Shown here: piece by piece, positions 9,266 to 18,636 of the stretch
How positions within the stretch are numbered: position 1 is the stretch's first letter
Layout: every line of letters starts with the position of its first letter
Virus record (IMG/VR): IMGVR_UViG_3300034737_000014
Location: 1-60,641 of that record
DNA from: a virus
Taxonomy: Duplodnaviria; Caudoviricetes
Length of the DNA stretch: 60,641 nt
Reading direction: 5' to 3' (one strand)
Notes under the pieces: model-generated
Database searches by the model: none
The model's input: the letters and a program-made list of their open reading frames with translations, nothing else
What the model was told of the DNA's origin: nothing
Program-made: the position numbers and the translations under genes

Positions 9266-11454
9266 TATTTTGCCTCTGCGTAATTATCTACAATACTGAT
9301 GGTACAGGAGAGGGGCATGCCCTCCAGGTATCGTGGGGTTGTGCTCATAATCTTTTTAATTCTCTCTGCTACCATCTGTGCTCTATCCTCTTTTACTACG
9401 CAAACAATCTCGTCATGAACTAGGTTAACGATAAGTTCCCCTAACTGTTTAGACAGGACATTATTGCGAACATCGAGGGCCATGTCAACGATGACGTCGC
9501 GAGAAAGTGCTTGGACAAGGTTCTCTACAAACAGTCCGCCGTACAAACCATGTAGTGCTCCGTCCCCGTATAGCCATTGCATACGACGAGAAACGATATT
9601 ACCGTCTTCATCTAAGTCGGTGGTTTCGCGTTTCTGCAAGTTGTCGTAGCGCAGGAACCTGCCAGACGGTAGGATAACTGCTTGGTGACGGAACTCGATA
9701 CCGTTAAACTTATGGCTAAACCCTTTGTACCTAGCCATACGGGGAATCATGTCGTCGCACAAATCCCAGAAAGCTGGAATCTCTGGGAAGGTCGCACGGT
9801 ACTTGTTCACAGCGAACTTCGACTCTTCGTCTGTCAGCTCTACCTTAGCTACAGTTTTAGCATAGGAGATAAACTTTCTCCACCCCATACCATAGCCTTG
9901 TCCAAGTACCGAAATCTTACCCATCTGACGCTGCGCCTTGGTTACTTCGTCAACAGGTACAGAGTACATCTCTGCTGCGGCTGTTTCGTAGATCAAAGAC
10001 GACCCGTCGGCAGGGAAAGCTTTGATGTACCCTTGGCACTGAGATAAGTAGCCTAACGTACGCGGCTCGATCTGTGATAGGTCAGCGACGACGAGTTTGT
10101 ATCCAGCAGGCGGGACAAGCAATGAGCGCAGCGTGGTGTCTCCACGGGATGGTAAGTTCTGTAGGTTGTACTCCTTACCGCTGTGGCGATTGGTATGCGC
10201 CCCGCAATAACGTAAAGGTGTAGGTATTTTGTTACCCATAGCCCGGCCTACCTGTGCTAGGGTGCGGGCACGTGTTTCGTTAATACTCGACATAATGTCT
10301 AAGCGAGCCTCTACCGCAGCGACGATTGCATCGTTATCGTGTTCTAGTAAAGCGAGCAAGCCTTCATCGGTTTTGGCTAGGGCTGGTTTGCGAACCAACT
10401 GCCCTACCTTTAGGTCTTTAGCTTTTAATGTAGCGAACAGGATAGCCTTGGCCTCGAATGCCTTAGCTACGTTGCGTTTCATGTTAGCGATAACACGAAG
10501 GTCTGCCTCAGCAGCTTTTGTAGCCTTGTTGGCTCTTGCATCATAGGCTGCTTGGCGTTCACGAATGCGACCGATTAATGCTCTAACCGCAGCGCGAAGG
10601 TCAGACAAACGGATGCGCGCTCTCTCTTTGGCCTTGCGTACTGCATTGACTGTACCTACTTTTGCCTTGACTAACTTCATAGGTACTTCGCCGTTGAGGT
10701 CCATAAGAATATCGTAGAAAGCTGGAGCGGAAGCAAACGCTCGTAAACCTAGGTTATCTAGGTTCTGCATTTGTTCCATAGACAAGGCCTCGCGTACGGT
10801 AGCGAAGTTCTTAGCCAAGCGCCCTTCTTTCTCGGAAGCTAGGCGGTCTGCGTACTCCTCCAGTTTGTCAGGCTTAGTCTCCCATCGTGGATAAACCATC
10901 ATATCAATAGTCATGTCGATAGCAGCAAGTTCTTCTGGCATCGTAATACCATGAAGCTGATTAAATATGTCACGACATATAACCAAGTCGCCGATAGCAT
11001 ATTCATCTAACGCAGCCTGTTCGTCGTCGGACAGTTCACGTTTACCTTTGGTGGCTTCGAGAGCATCGCCTTTATCCTGCAAACCTAAACGACGCGCAGC
11101 ATTTTTTAGTGCCATGTTGTCCCAGTCAAACCAATAACTAAGAAGTGATACAGTATCGCACCACTCCGCAGGGGTATATCCGTAGCGATGCACTAGGATA
11201 AAACCATCGAACAGAGTGTTGTGGGCGACAACACGTGTGTTGCCCCAGTCAATGTCTTTTAGAAACAAACGTAGCTTATCGTCAGGCAACCACAAAGGTT
11301 CTCCATCGTCAATAGCTACTGAGGCACCGCGTGATAGGAAGCGTTCGTCCATTACATACGCCGCAGTGGTCATTCGTTTTAGAGAGTATTCGTTGTCATA
11401 ATAGGTTTCAAAGTCTATGAACAAGGTTTGTAATGGCATCGTCTTAGTGTCCAA
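9265..11454 (-). CDS. polA: DNA polymerase family A
   Basis: Exo motifs IDFET, AHNTLFD and YAIGD; NLQNLP, motif A ADLSQIEPR, motif B RQMGKISVLGQGYG, motif C VHDE. Confidence 0.92.
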   Translation of the reverse strand: MDTKTMPLQTLFIDFETYYDNEYSLKRMTTAAYVMDERFLSRGASVAIDDGEPLWLPDDKLRLFLKDIDWGNTRVVAHNTLFDGFILVHRYGYTPAEWCDTVSLLSYWFDWDNMALKNAARRLGLQDKGDALEATKGKRELSDDEQAALDEYAIGDLVICRDIFNQLHGITMPEELAAIDMTIDMMVYPRWETKPDKLEEYADRLASEKEGRLAKNFATVREALSMEQMQNLDNLGLRAFASAPAFYDILMDLNGEVPMKLVKAKVGTVNAVRKAKERARIRLSDLRAAVRALIGRIRERQAAYDARANKATKAAEADLRVIANMKRNVAKAFEAKAILFATLKAKDLKVGQLVRKPALAKTDEGLLALLEHDNDAIVAAVEARLDIMSSINETRARTLAQVGRAMGNKIPTPLRYCGAHTNRHSGKEYNLQNLPSRGDTTLRSLLVPPAGYKLVVADLSQIEPRTLGYLSQCQGYIKAFPADGSSLIYETAAAEMYSVPVDEVTKAQRQMGKISVLGQGYGMGWRKFISYAKTVAKVELTDEESKFAVNKYRATFPEIPAFWDLCDDMIPRMARYKGFSHKFNGIEFRHQAVILPSGRFLRYDNLQKRETTDLDEDGNIVSRRMQWLYGDGALHGLYGGLFVENLVQALSRDVIVDMALDVRNNVLSKQLGELIVNLVHDEIVCVVKEDRAQMVAERIKKIMSTTPRYLEGMPLSCTISIVDNYAEAK

Positions 11455-11743
11455 TTATTTTAATTAGCAATAGTAGAAAAGGTTTAAGGGTTAGAAGGCT
11501 TAGAGCCGCGGCCAAACCTCCAGCGATACAAGCTAGCACGCCAACAGGGAGTAGAACCCAGTACAGATAGCCAGTGGCTTCTTTGCCTCGTCTTCCCAAC
11601 GACCAACGTGGTAGGTCGAATAAAGCTTCATTAACATCGCCATATACCCACGGGGCTATTAGGTACATGACTACCGCGACAAAGCCGCAGAGTTGGATGC
11701 CGGCGACTATGTAAGTCCCAGTCGCCCATTCTAAAAATTCCAT
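11444..11743 (-). CDS. hypothetical membrane protein
   Basis: Two hydrophobic segments; GGAGA RBS upstream. Confidence 0.55.
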   Translation of the reverse strand: MEFLEWATGTYIVAGIQLCGFVAVVMYLIAPWVYGDVNEALFDLPRWSLGRRGKEATGYLYWVLLPVGVLACIAGGLAAALSLLTLKPFLLLLIKIIGH

Positions 11744-11775
11744 AAGTGTCTCCAGCCCCGTGGAGGGGCATTTAT

Positions 11776-12306
11776 CTATCTTCTAAGGTGCTGTAATATA
11801 GCATACAAATGTTCTACTTGATTCATTGCATCGTACCATGCGTGGTGCTTTGTTCCCTGGAACTCCGGTTTAGCTACTTGCGGGAACATAGCCTTAAGGG
11901 TACGGTAACAGCGGTCGTTGCCGTACGGGAGTGGCCACTCTATGCTGTTCCGTTTTAGCAGACTGCGAAGGATAACGTTATCGAATGAAGCTCCGTTACC
12001 CCATAACATGGCCCCACTATTATCGCGCAAGAACTCACTAACGTCATGGGCTAGCTTATACTCCGGCTTGGCGTCGCCCTCCACTAGCAACTCAGCTCGG
12101 GCAGCATCGTCCTGCTCCATCCACCACATCACGGTATCGGTGTCAATATCGCCCGTAATTGTTTTCTTATCTGCCTTACCGTAGTAGCTATCGACCGTTC
12201 TAAAGCTCTTGTCCTCAGCGTCGATCACTATCAATGCCACTGACAACACCGCTGCATTTGGTCCGGTGCCCAATGTTTCCAAGTCGCACATAATATGTTT
12301 TGTCAT
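11776..12306 (-). CDS. DEDDh 3'-5' exonuclease (exonuclease VIII/Rv2179c-like family)
   Basis: MCDLETLG, WGNGASFD, DRCYRT and HHAWYDA motifs. Confidence 0.85.
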   Translation of the reverse strand: MTKHIMCDLETLGTGPNAAVLSVALIVIDAEDKSFRTVDSYYGKADKKTITGDIDTDTVMWWMEQDDAARAELLVEGDAKPEYKLAHDVSEFLRDNSGAMLWGNGASFDNVILRSLLKRNSIEWPLPYGNDRCYRTLKAMFPQVAKPEFQGTKHHAWYDAMNQVEHLYAILQHLRR

Positions 12307-12326
12307 ATCGTTTTCTCCAAATTAAG

Positions 12327-12344
12327 TAGGGGCCGAAGCCCCTA
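12327..12344 (-). terminator. GC hairpin after nrdA (possible intrinsic terminator)
   Basis: taggggc-cgaa-gccccta; UUCG loop on the minus strand; weak U-tract. Confidence 0.5.
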
Positions 12345-12347
12345 TGG

Positions 12348-14564
12348 TTAAAGTTTACAAGCTCCACCTGCACAGCCGTCGTCTTCACTCGTGTCCGAGC
12401 CGTCGCGAGTATTGTGGTAGTAGAGGGTCTTGATACCTAGCTTGTAGGCTAGGGCTAGGTCTTGTAGCAACACCTGCACCGGTACACGTCCGTCAGCGAA
12501 ACGCGCTGGGTCGTAATTGGTGTTGGCGCTGATTGACTGGTCGACGAACTTCTGCATGATCGCCACCAACTCTAGGTACCCACGGTTGTTCGGGATGTCC
12601 CATAACAATTCGTAATCTACCTGTCCGATCTCCGGTACAACCTGTTTGTATAGGCCGTCTTTGTTACCTTTGATAGAAACCAAACCGCGTGGTGGCTCGA
12701 TACCGTTGGTAGAGTTGGTGATCTGCGAGCTAGTCTCGCACGGCATCAAAGCAGTGACGGTAGAGTTGCGCAAACCAAACTGTTCGATTTTGCGGCGCAG
12801 TCCTTCCCAGTCACAATGCAATGGTTCAGAACAAATACTATCCACGTCGCGCTTATAGGTGTCGATGGGTAGTAAGCCTTTCGCATATTTGGTATGCGGG
12901 AAGTACGCACAAACGCCGAGGTCCTGTGCCAAACGATTGCTGGCAGCAAGTAGGTGGAACTGAATCTGCTCCATCAAGCGGTGAGTCAAGTTGTTAGCCG
13001 AGCCGTCACTATACTTGACGCCATTCTTCGCTAGGTAGTAAGCATAGTTGGTTATACCCACGCCTAGCGAACGGCGTAGTGTTGCCGCTCTCGCCTCACG
13101 AATAGGGTAGTCCTGATAACTGAGCAGGGCGTCTAGTGCATAAACAATCAACTCCGCCACTTCAGGAATGTCCTCCTCGCTGCAAGCACCTAGGTTGATT
13201 GCTGCTAAGGTACACAAAGCGACTTCACCCATCTGCGTCTCGATGTCTACTGGTTTGGTAGGTAGGGCAATCTCCATACAAAGATTGCTCATATACACAG
13301 TATCAGTGAAAGCGCTGTGGGTGTTCATGTGATCGGCGTTCATCACGTAGATACGACCAGTCTGGGCACGCTCTTGTACCAGAGAACTGAACAGGTCAAC
13401 GGCTCTCATCGACTTTTTACGGATAGTCGGATCAGCTTCGTACATCTCGTAAAGAGTGGCAAAGTGATCTGGGTCTCCGAAGTAAGCGTCATAAAGGCCT
13501 GGCGTATCCGCTGGGCTGAACAGGGTAATAGTGCCGCCGGTGAGCAGGCGCTCGTACATGGTTCGGTTAAGCTGTACGCCGTAATCTAGGTGACGTTCAC
13601 GTGTCTCCTCTGTACCACGGTTGTTCTTCAGCACCAACAACTGCTCGGCTTCAATATGCCACAGTGGGTAGAACACCGTCGCTGCTCCGCCGCGTGCCCC
13701 GCCTTGCGAGCAGGACTTGACCGCCGCGCGTAGTAGTTTTAGGAATGGCAATACACCGGTATGGTATACGTCGCCATTACGAACCTTACTGCCTACTCCT
13801 CGGATACGTCCGATGTTGATGCCCAAGCCAGCGCGTTGGCTGATGTATTTGACTGCTGCCTTCACGCCGCCGATGATCGAGTCAAGCGAGTCGTCTATGT
13901 CGATCTTAACGCACGAGCTGAACTGCTTGGTCGGAGTACGCACACCGCCCATGATTGGGGTAGGTAGGCTAATCTTAAACGTCGAGCAGGCCTCGTAGTA
14001 ACGGGCTACCCGTGTTAAGCGATCAGGGTATTCGGCGTGCAGTACCATTGCCTGCGCCATGTACGCCATTTGCGGCGACTCGTAGACGCGCTTGTCTACG
14101 CGGTCTTGTACTAGGTACTTACTCTCCCACTGTACGGTAGCCGCATAAGTGAAGGTGAAATCACGGTTGTGTGTTAGCTGGGCGTTGAGTAATTCTAACT
14201 CTTCGTCGCTATACAAGGGCAGGCGTTCGTCTTCGTACCGTCCTAACTCGACCATGCGCTTGATGTGATCACGAAGGTGAGGAGGCTCGAACTGACCGTA
14301 GGCCTCCTTGCGCAAGGCAAACATCTTCAAGCGTGCTGCTAGGTACTGATAGTCCGGTGTCTCGGCGGTGATGAGATCGGCAGCGGACTTAACAATCAGC
14401 GCATGGATGTCTGATGTTTTGATACCGTCAAACAACTGCAGGTGGGCGTTTAACTCCACCTGAGATACTGATACGTCTAACCCCTCCGCGCCCCATGTGA
14501 TGACACGGTGAATCTTATCCAAGTTTACTGGCTCTACTGAGCCGTCACGTTTTGTTACATTCAA
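12348..14564 (-). CDS. nrdA: ribonucleotide reductase class Ia alpha subunit
   Basis: ATP-cone VTKRDG, QFSSC, SNLCMEI, KTLYY and C-terminal CAGGAC. Confidence 0.95.
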   Translation of the reverse strand: MNVTKRDGSVEPVNLDKIHRVITWGAEGLDVSVSQVELNAHLQLFDGIKTSDIHALIVKSAADLITAETPDYQYLAARLKMFALRKEAYGQFEPPHLRDHIKRMVELGRYEDERLPLYSDEELELLNAQLTHNRDFTFTYAATVQWESKYLVQDRVDKRVYESPQMAYMAQAMVLHAEYPDRLTRVARYYEACSTFKISLPTPIMGGVRTPTKQFSSCVKIDIDDSLDSIIGGVKAAVKYISQRAGLGINIGRIRGVGSKVRNGDVYHTGVLPFLKLLRAAVKSCSQGGARGGAATVFYPLWHIEAEQLLVLKNNRGTEETRERHLDYGVQLNRTMYERLLTGGTITLFSPADTPGLYDAYFGDPDHFATLYEMYEADPTIRKKSMRAVDLFSSLVQERAQTGRIYVMNADHMNTHSAFTDTVYMSNLCMEIALPTKPVDIETQMGEVALCTLAAINLGACSEEDIPEVAELIVYALDALLSYQDYPIREARAATLRRSLGVGITNYAYYLAKNGVKYSDGSANNLTHRLMEQIQFHLLAASNRLAQDLGVCAYFPHTKYAKGLLPIDTYKRDVDSICSEPLHCDWEGLRRKIEQFGLRNSTVTALMPCETSSQITNSTNGIEPPRGLVSIKGNKDGLYKQVVPEIGQVDYELLWDIPNNRGYLELVAIMQKFVDQSISANTNYDPARFADGRVPVQVLLQDLALAYKLGIKTLYYHNTRDGSDTSEDDGCAGGACKL

Positions 14565-15655
14565 AGCGATAGTCCTTGTAGTTGTTGTAAATCGACTGAC
14601 GAGTTAAGTGCGCCGGTCAGGTAGTTAGACAATTCTACTTCCTGCGGAGCCACCTGTACTGCGTCCCGGTTGATATAAGCGTTGGTCCACGGTAGCGGGT
14701 TGCGCTCCGTTTTATAACGCTCGCTAAAGCCTAGGGCTTTTAGTCTAGTGTTGGCAATGTACTCAACGTACTGACTGAGGATGGTGGCATTGAGGCCGAT
14801 GATGCTACCGTCTTTGAACAGGTAGTTAGCCCATGCCTTCTCCTGATCGACCGCTTCATCGAACATACGGAACACATCATCCAGGCAGTCATGTGCGGCG
14901 CGTTGCCATTCATCCTCTTCGTCTCCGTGCATCATGGCCTTGAGCATTAGCTGCGTGCCGGACAGATGGAGAGCTTCGTCACGGGCAATGAACGTGATGA
15001 TCTTACTGTTACCCTCCATCAACCCGCGCTCATTGAAAGACCAGGCGCAGGCAAACGATACATAGAAACGGATAGCTTCTAAGATGTTTACCGAGGCTAG
15101 GGTCTTAAACACTTGACGACGGTGGGACACTTGGTCGGTCTCCCCGAACACCTGCAGGCGCGAGTTAAGGTCAATTAACTTATCATACTCGCTAGTCACA
15201 GCCACGGCTCGATCAAGAATCTCTGGCGTGATAGTGATGCTGTCTAACACTTCTGTAGGGTTCGGGTATACATTGCGCAAGATGTGAGTATAGCTGCGCG
15301 AATGTATTAGTTCCGAGAAAGCCCAGGTGTGTAGCCATGTCTCCAACTCTGGTAGCGAACATATCGTTCCAAAAGCTAGGGTAGGCGCGCGCCCCTGTAC
15401 CGAATCGAGTAATGTCTGATACTTCAGATTACTTGTGAATACATGGCGCTCGTTGTCGGTCAGCTTCTCGCGGAAGTCTATGGCGTCTTTGGACAGGTCG
15501 ATCTCATCTGGTCGCCAGAAGAAACCCAACTGCTTGTCCGTAAGTTTGTCAATCCACGGATACTTCATTGTGTCATAACGAGCAACGTCTACACTTTCCC
15601 CTAAGAACATAGGCTGCCCTAGGTGTGACACCTCTGTCGGTTTGAAGATACTCAT
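14561..15655 (-). CDS. nrdB: ribonucleotide reductase class Ia beta subunit
   Basis: FFWRPDE, LLDSVQGR, ELIHSRSY, EAIRFYVSF, RDEALH and VAPQE. Confidence 0.95.
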   Translation of the reverse strand: MSIFKPTEVSHLGQPMFLGESVDVARYDTMKYPWIDKLTDKQLGFFWRPDEIDLSKDAIDFREKLTDNERHVFTSNLKYQTLLDSVQGRAPTLAFGTICSLPELETWLHTWAFSELIHSRSYTHILRNVYPNPTEVLDSITITPEILDRAVAVTSEYDKLIDLNSRLQVFGETDQVSHRRQVFKTLASVNILEAIRFYVSFACAWSFNERGLMEGNSKIITFIARDEALHLSGTQLMLKAMMHGDEEDEWQRAAHDCLDDVFRMFDEAVDQEKAWANYLFKDGSIIGLNATILSQYVEYIANTRLKALGFSERYKTERNPLPWTNAYINRDAVQVAPQEVELSNYLTGALNSSVDLQQLQGLSL

Positions 15656-15975
15656 TGCTGATACATCCCTGTGCTATCAATTATCGTTTTCATTGCGGCT
15701 AGAGTACGCTTGATATTCTTCCAGCCAATAGCTTCACGCTTCTTAAGAATTGCCATAACAGCGGAATCGTCGGGGTCTACGACGTAGGAAATACCATCGA
15801 CAGACAACATACACGGATGTGTTTTATGCAGTCTGAGCATATTGTCTATTACATTAAGTGTCTTAGCCTGCTGCTTGGCCCGGCCTAGGGTCTCTTCTAA
15901 CTTGGCTAGGTCAGGTAACTTTGGCGCTACTGTGTCCTGGGTGTCTACCTTCTTCGCTACTTTCTTAGTCGTCAT
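15652..15975 (-). CDS. hypothetical protein
   Basis: 107-aa ORF coupled to nrdB. Confidence 0.6.
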   Translation of the reverse strand: MTTKKVAKKVDTQDTVAPKLPDLAKLEETLGRAKQQAKTLNVIDNMLRLHKTHPCMLSVDGISYVVDPDDSAVMAILKKREAIGWKNIKRTLAAMKTIIDSTGMYQQ

Positions 15976-15979
15976 ATTA

Positions 15980-16261
15980 TTAGCCTCTTGTATATGGATT
16001 GTACATTAGTAAACGAGTTGCCGTGCTACGCGCCCACTCGTTCTTCGTTAGGTGGTACCCTGTAGAACCGTCGAAGTCTTTGAACAGGTCGTCGAAAAAA
16101 CCGACAGGTTCTTGGTGCTTCTGTTGCAGCGCAACCAATTCATTAGCCCATTCCTGCCACGTATCGTCTGTAATCATCGGGGTATCCAATTCGTAGTACA
16201 GGTAGGAATGAACCATGAGTTGAGCGCGTCTGCGCCTTATCTTCTCTTCAGGATTTTCCAT
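15980..16261 (-). CDS. stand-alone protein resembling domain Ia of NAD+-dependent DNA ligase
   Basis: HSYLYYELDTPMITDDTW...ELVALQQKH matches the LigA Ia pattern H-x3-YY-x2-D-x-P-x-I-x-D. Confidence 0.6.
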   Translation of the reverse strand: MENPEEKIRRRRAQLMVHSYLYYELDTPMITDDTWQEWANELVALQQKHQEPVGFFDDLFKDFDGSTGYHLTKNEWARSTATRLLMYNPYTRG

Positions 16262-16266
16262 AGATG

Positions 16267-16596
16267 CTATTCACTATTTGCCTCCTTATATGTTGCGAGT
16301 TCTTCTTCGATACAGAATAAATCATCGTTGAGTTGGTCTATTCTGTAATCTTGTTCGTCGATTATCGCGGCCATGTGTGCTATCTCCCGTTCTTGCTTCT
16401 GCAAGTCGTACTCGTAGTCAGCTATCCGCTGGTGTAACTCCTCAATAGAATTTCCATCAGCATCATAGAGTTCGTTATTCAGAATATATTTAACCAACTC
16501 ATATTCCACCGGGGTCAGCTCATGCGGGTGCCTCCACATATCTTCTACCTGTGCGTACGTCAGGTCGGTATGGCTGCTAGACATCGTTGTGTTCAT
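16267..16596 (-). CDS. hypothetical acidic coiled-coil protein
   Basis: Heptad-rich C-terminal half. Confidence 0.55.
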   Translation of the reverse strand: MNTTMSSSHTDLTYAQVEDMWRHPHELTPVEYELVKYILNNELYDADGNSIEELHQRIADYEYDLQKQEREIAHMAAIIDEQDYRIDQLNDDLFCIEEELATYKEANSE

Positions 16597-16933
16597 CTGA
16601 TACCAACTCTATCACAAACATTAAACTTGTTGCCGCGTGGGCTAGGTGTGACAACCCGGACTCTGGGTCACGTTTCTCGCCCCTGCGCCAAGCGTTTATG
16701 TGGCGTAGTGCTGCTGCCAAATAACGGGCTTCTGGGTTTTCCACCTTGCGCCAGTTATCGGGCGCATACTTACATGCTCCATACTTTAACACCCCAGCGA
16801 TCTTAAGTTCTGCTACGGCTGGCATCAGGTCGAAGCGAGCTTTACCCGCATCGTACTTGTGCCCTACAGTCATGTTGTTTTGGTCATACTGCGGAAGCGG
16901 TTCCATTACATTAAACGGTCCTACAGGTCTCAT
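16577..16933 (-). CDS. DUF5664-type protein (dATP/dGTP diphosphohydrolase-related domain)
   Basis: GHKYDAGKARFDL, YGACKYAPDNW, ALRHI and DPESGLSHLAHA. Confidence 0.8.
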   Translation of the reverse strand: MRPVGPFNVMEPLPQYDQNNMTVGHKYDAGKARFDLMPAVAELKIAGVLKYGACKYAPDNWRKVENPEARYLAAALRHINAWRRGEKRDPESGLSHLAHAATSLMFVIELVSDEHNDV

Positions 16934-16947
16934 CTTAATACTCCTAC

Positions 16948-17142
16948 TTACTTTGCTAAGGCTGTTGCAGTAACGAAAGCGATAAGCGCTACCGATGCCG
17001 AGAACGAGACAACAGCCAAAAACTTAACCTCTTTGTCTGCCTGCGCCAACTGATCACGCAACAAATCTCGCTCTTCTGTAACACGATCAAACGCCTCTAC
17101 ACAACGCTTCATGCCTTCTCGCAACTTCTGGTTAGTCGTCAT
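16948..17142 (-). CDS. small coiled-coil protein with C-terminal TM helix
   Basis: ORF track; GGAG RBS. Confidence 0.55.
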   Translation of the reverse strand: MTTNQKLREGMKRCVEAFDRVTEERDLLRDQLAQADKEVKFLAVVSFSASVALIAFVTATALAK

Positions 17143-17154
17143 GGTCTGCTCCTG

Positions 17155-17404
17155 TCATTGAATAATCGTCCTTTCAGGTGCCTTGGCTAGGCTTTCCTCT
17201 AAATCGGTTAGCGTCTGTTTGAAAAACCGTATTGAACTGGTCGCCATAGTTCGGCCGAAGTCGCCATCTCCCGCCAACTGTTCAAACACACTCAGCATCG
17301 CCAGTGCTAAGGCGGGGGATACCATCCATCACTGGGTGGCTAGACATAACTGTTAATAATTCATCAGCCGCAGTATACACATTGGCTGCGTATCCTTCTC
17401 TCAT
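17155..17404 (-). pseudogene. apparently frameshifted ~82-aa gene (one extra base in a G5/C5 run at 17314-17318)
   Basis: GGAGG-RBS ATG at 17404. Removing one C gives MREGY...MDGIPALALAMLSVF...ERTIIQ, ending at TGA 17155 just before the next RBS. Confidence 0.45.
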
Positions 17405-17553
17405 TTCAATACCTCCATTAGGGTTAAAGCTACAATCGACGCGACTATCATCAAGAACATTGCTGTGTCCTTTCTCTTGGTGTTTTCGCGTAACCTTTTG
17501 TTCTCCTCTCTCAAGGCGTTGCACGACTTGCGATAAACATCTAACATGTCCAT
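17401..17553 (-). CDS. 50-aa coiled-coil/TM protein (below the ORF-track cut-off)
   Basis: MDMLDVYRKSCNALREENKRL...IVASIVALTLMEVLK; AGGAG RBS; stop overlaps the next ATG. Confidence 0.5.
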   Translation of the reverse strand: MDMLDVYRKSCNALREENKRLRENTKRKDTAMFLMIVASIVALTLMEVLK

Positions 17554-17555
17554 GC

Positions 17556-18242
17556 TCACTCCTTCTCGTTATCTACTAAAGCCGCCCATGATACAGGGAA
17601 CAACGGTCTTATAATTTCATTCCAGAGAGTTGCTAGATGTTGAATCTCTAGCTGACTGTGCGTATCGCTTCGTAGTTTATATGCACGAGCGAACGCCATG
17701 AGTGACCCGGTCACATAGTAGCTGGTCATCATTGACTGTGGCAGCACCATACGAGCCATCTCTGGTGCTACATTGGCATCCAGCATAGCGCGGTATAGGT
17801 CTTCTGCGTGGGTATATAAGTCATACACCGACGTATCTATATTACGCGCTTGTCCATAAAAATGCGGTAGGGCGGTGACCAAGTTTTGCCCGCTGCCCTG
17901 CTTAACGCTGCCCTCTGGGCGTTCGCGCCACTCGTCAGGGAGGAAAAACTCCGGTGTGTCGTCTACATAACGACGGCTGATCTCGTTGTAGGTAAAGCCT
18001 ACAGTATGCTTGAACCGTTGCCGTGCCACAAAGATAGGCACTGTCTCTCGCAGCGTGATAACGCAATGAGTAAAGGGTGTGAAGTGGTCGTGCTTGGCTA
18101 GGTACTTTATCAACTTTGCGTCTTTCTCTGGCTCACTGCCATCGCTCTGTTTGTTGAAACTGACGCGCGCTGAATCTACTACTCGCAAGTCGCTACCCAT
18201 GCAATCTATCAGTTCTGCTTTAATCTGGTTAAGCCCCATGTA
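17556..18242 (-). CDS. thyX: FAD-dependent thymidylate synthase
   Basis: VVDSARVSF, HFTPF, ARQRFKH...NEISRRYV, PEMARMVLPQ and HSQLEI. Start near MGLNQ after an AGGAG RBS. Confidence 0.92.
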   Translation of the reverse strand, partial: YMGLNQIKAELIDCMGSDLRVVDSARVSFNKQSDGSEPEKDAKLIKYLAKHDHFTPFTHCVITLRETVPIFVARQRFKHTVGFTYNEISRRYVDDTPEFFLPDEWRERPEGSVKQGSGQNLVTALPHFYGQARNIDTSVYDLYTHAEDLYRAMLDANVAPEMARMVLPQSMMTSYYVTGSLMAFARAYKLRSDTHSQLEIQHLATLWNEIIRPLFPVSWAALVDNEKE

Positions 18243-18498
18243 GTTTCTCCTTAATACGTTTGTTGGCCTCATCGGCAAGGCGCATGTTCTCTATGATCGT
18301 ATAAGCGGCTAACTCTGCTTTCTCGACGCTTGCAAAGGTATCCGTCAAAAAACCGCTATCTTTTGAGGTTTGTACTGTCAACTTTATTGGGAGTACCCCC
18401 GCATCTCTAACCGATATATTGATACGCGGGTAGGGCTGGTCGTCGCTATAAGCTTCTGTATCAGCCAGCTCAATCTCGGTGAAATCTAAGGTACTCAT
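18229..18498 (-). CDS. hypothetical protein
   Basis: Likely start MSTLDF after GGAGG; overlaps the thyX start. Confidence 0.5.
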   Translation of the reverse strand: MSTLDFTEIELADTEAYSDDQPYPRINISVRDAGVLPIKLTVQTSKDSGFLTDTFASVEKAELAAYTIIENMRLADEANKRIKEKLHGA

Positions 18499-18636
18499 AC
18501 CACAAACCCTCCTGCTAGTCGGACGCCTTGCGCTACCCAGTACCCAATCCACATGAACACGGCAATGGATGCAGCCGCGGTCATTACCGCTGAGATAAGA
18601 TGTATCATGAAGTTATTCATATTAATGCTCCTGTAA

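Noticed and set aside
10385-10675. Intein in PolA
   Set aside because: No Cys/Ser start or His-Asn end motifs and no homing-endonuclease motifs.
17282-17524. 80-aa ORF as given in the track
   Set aside because: Its 5' half overlaps a better 50-aa ORF (17401-17553); the credible start is 17404.
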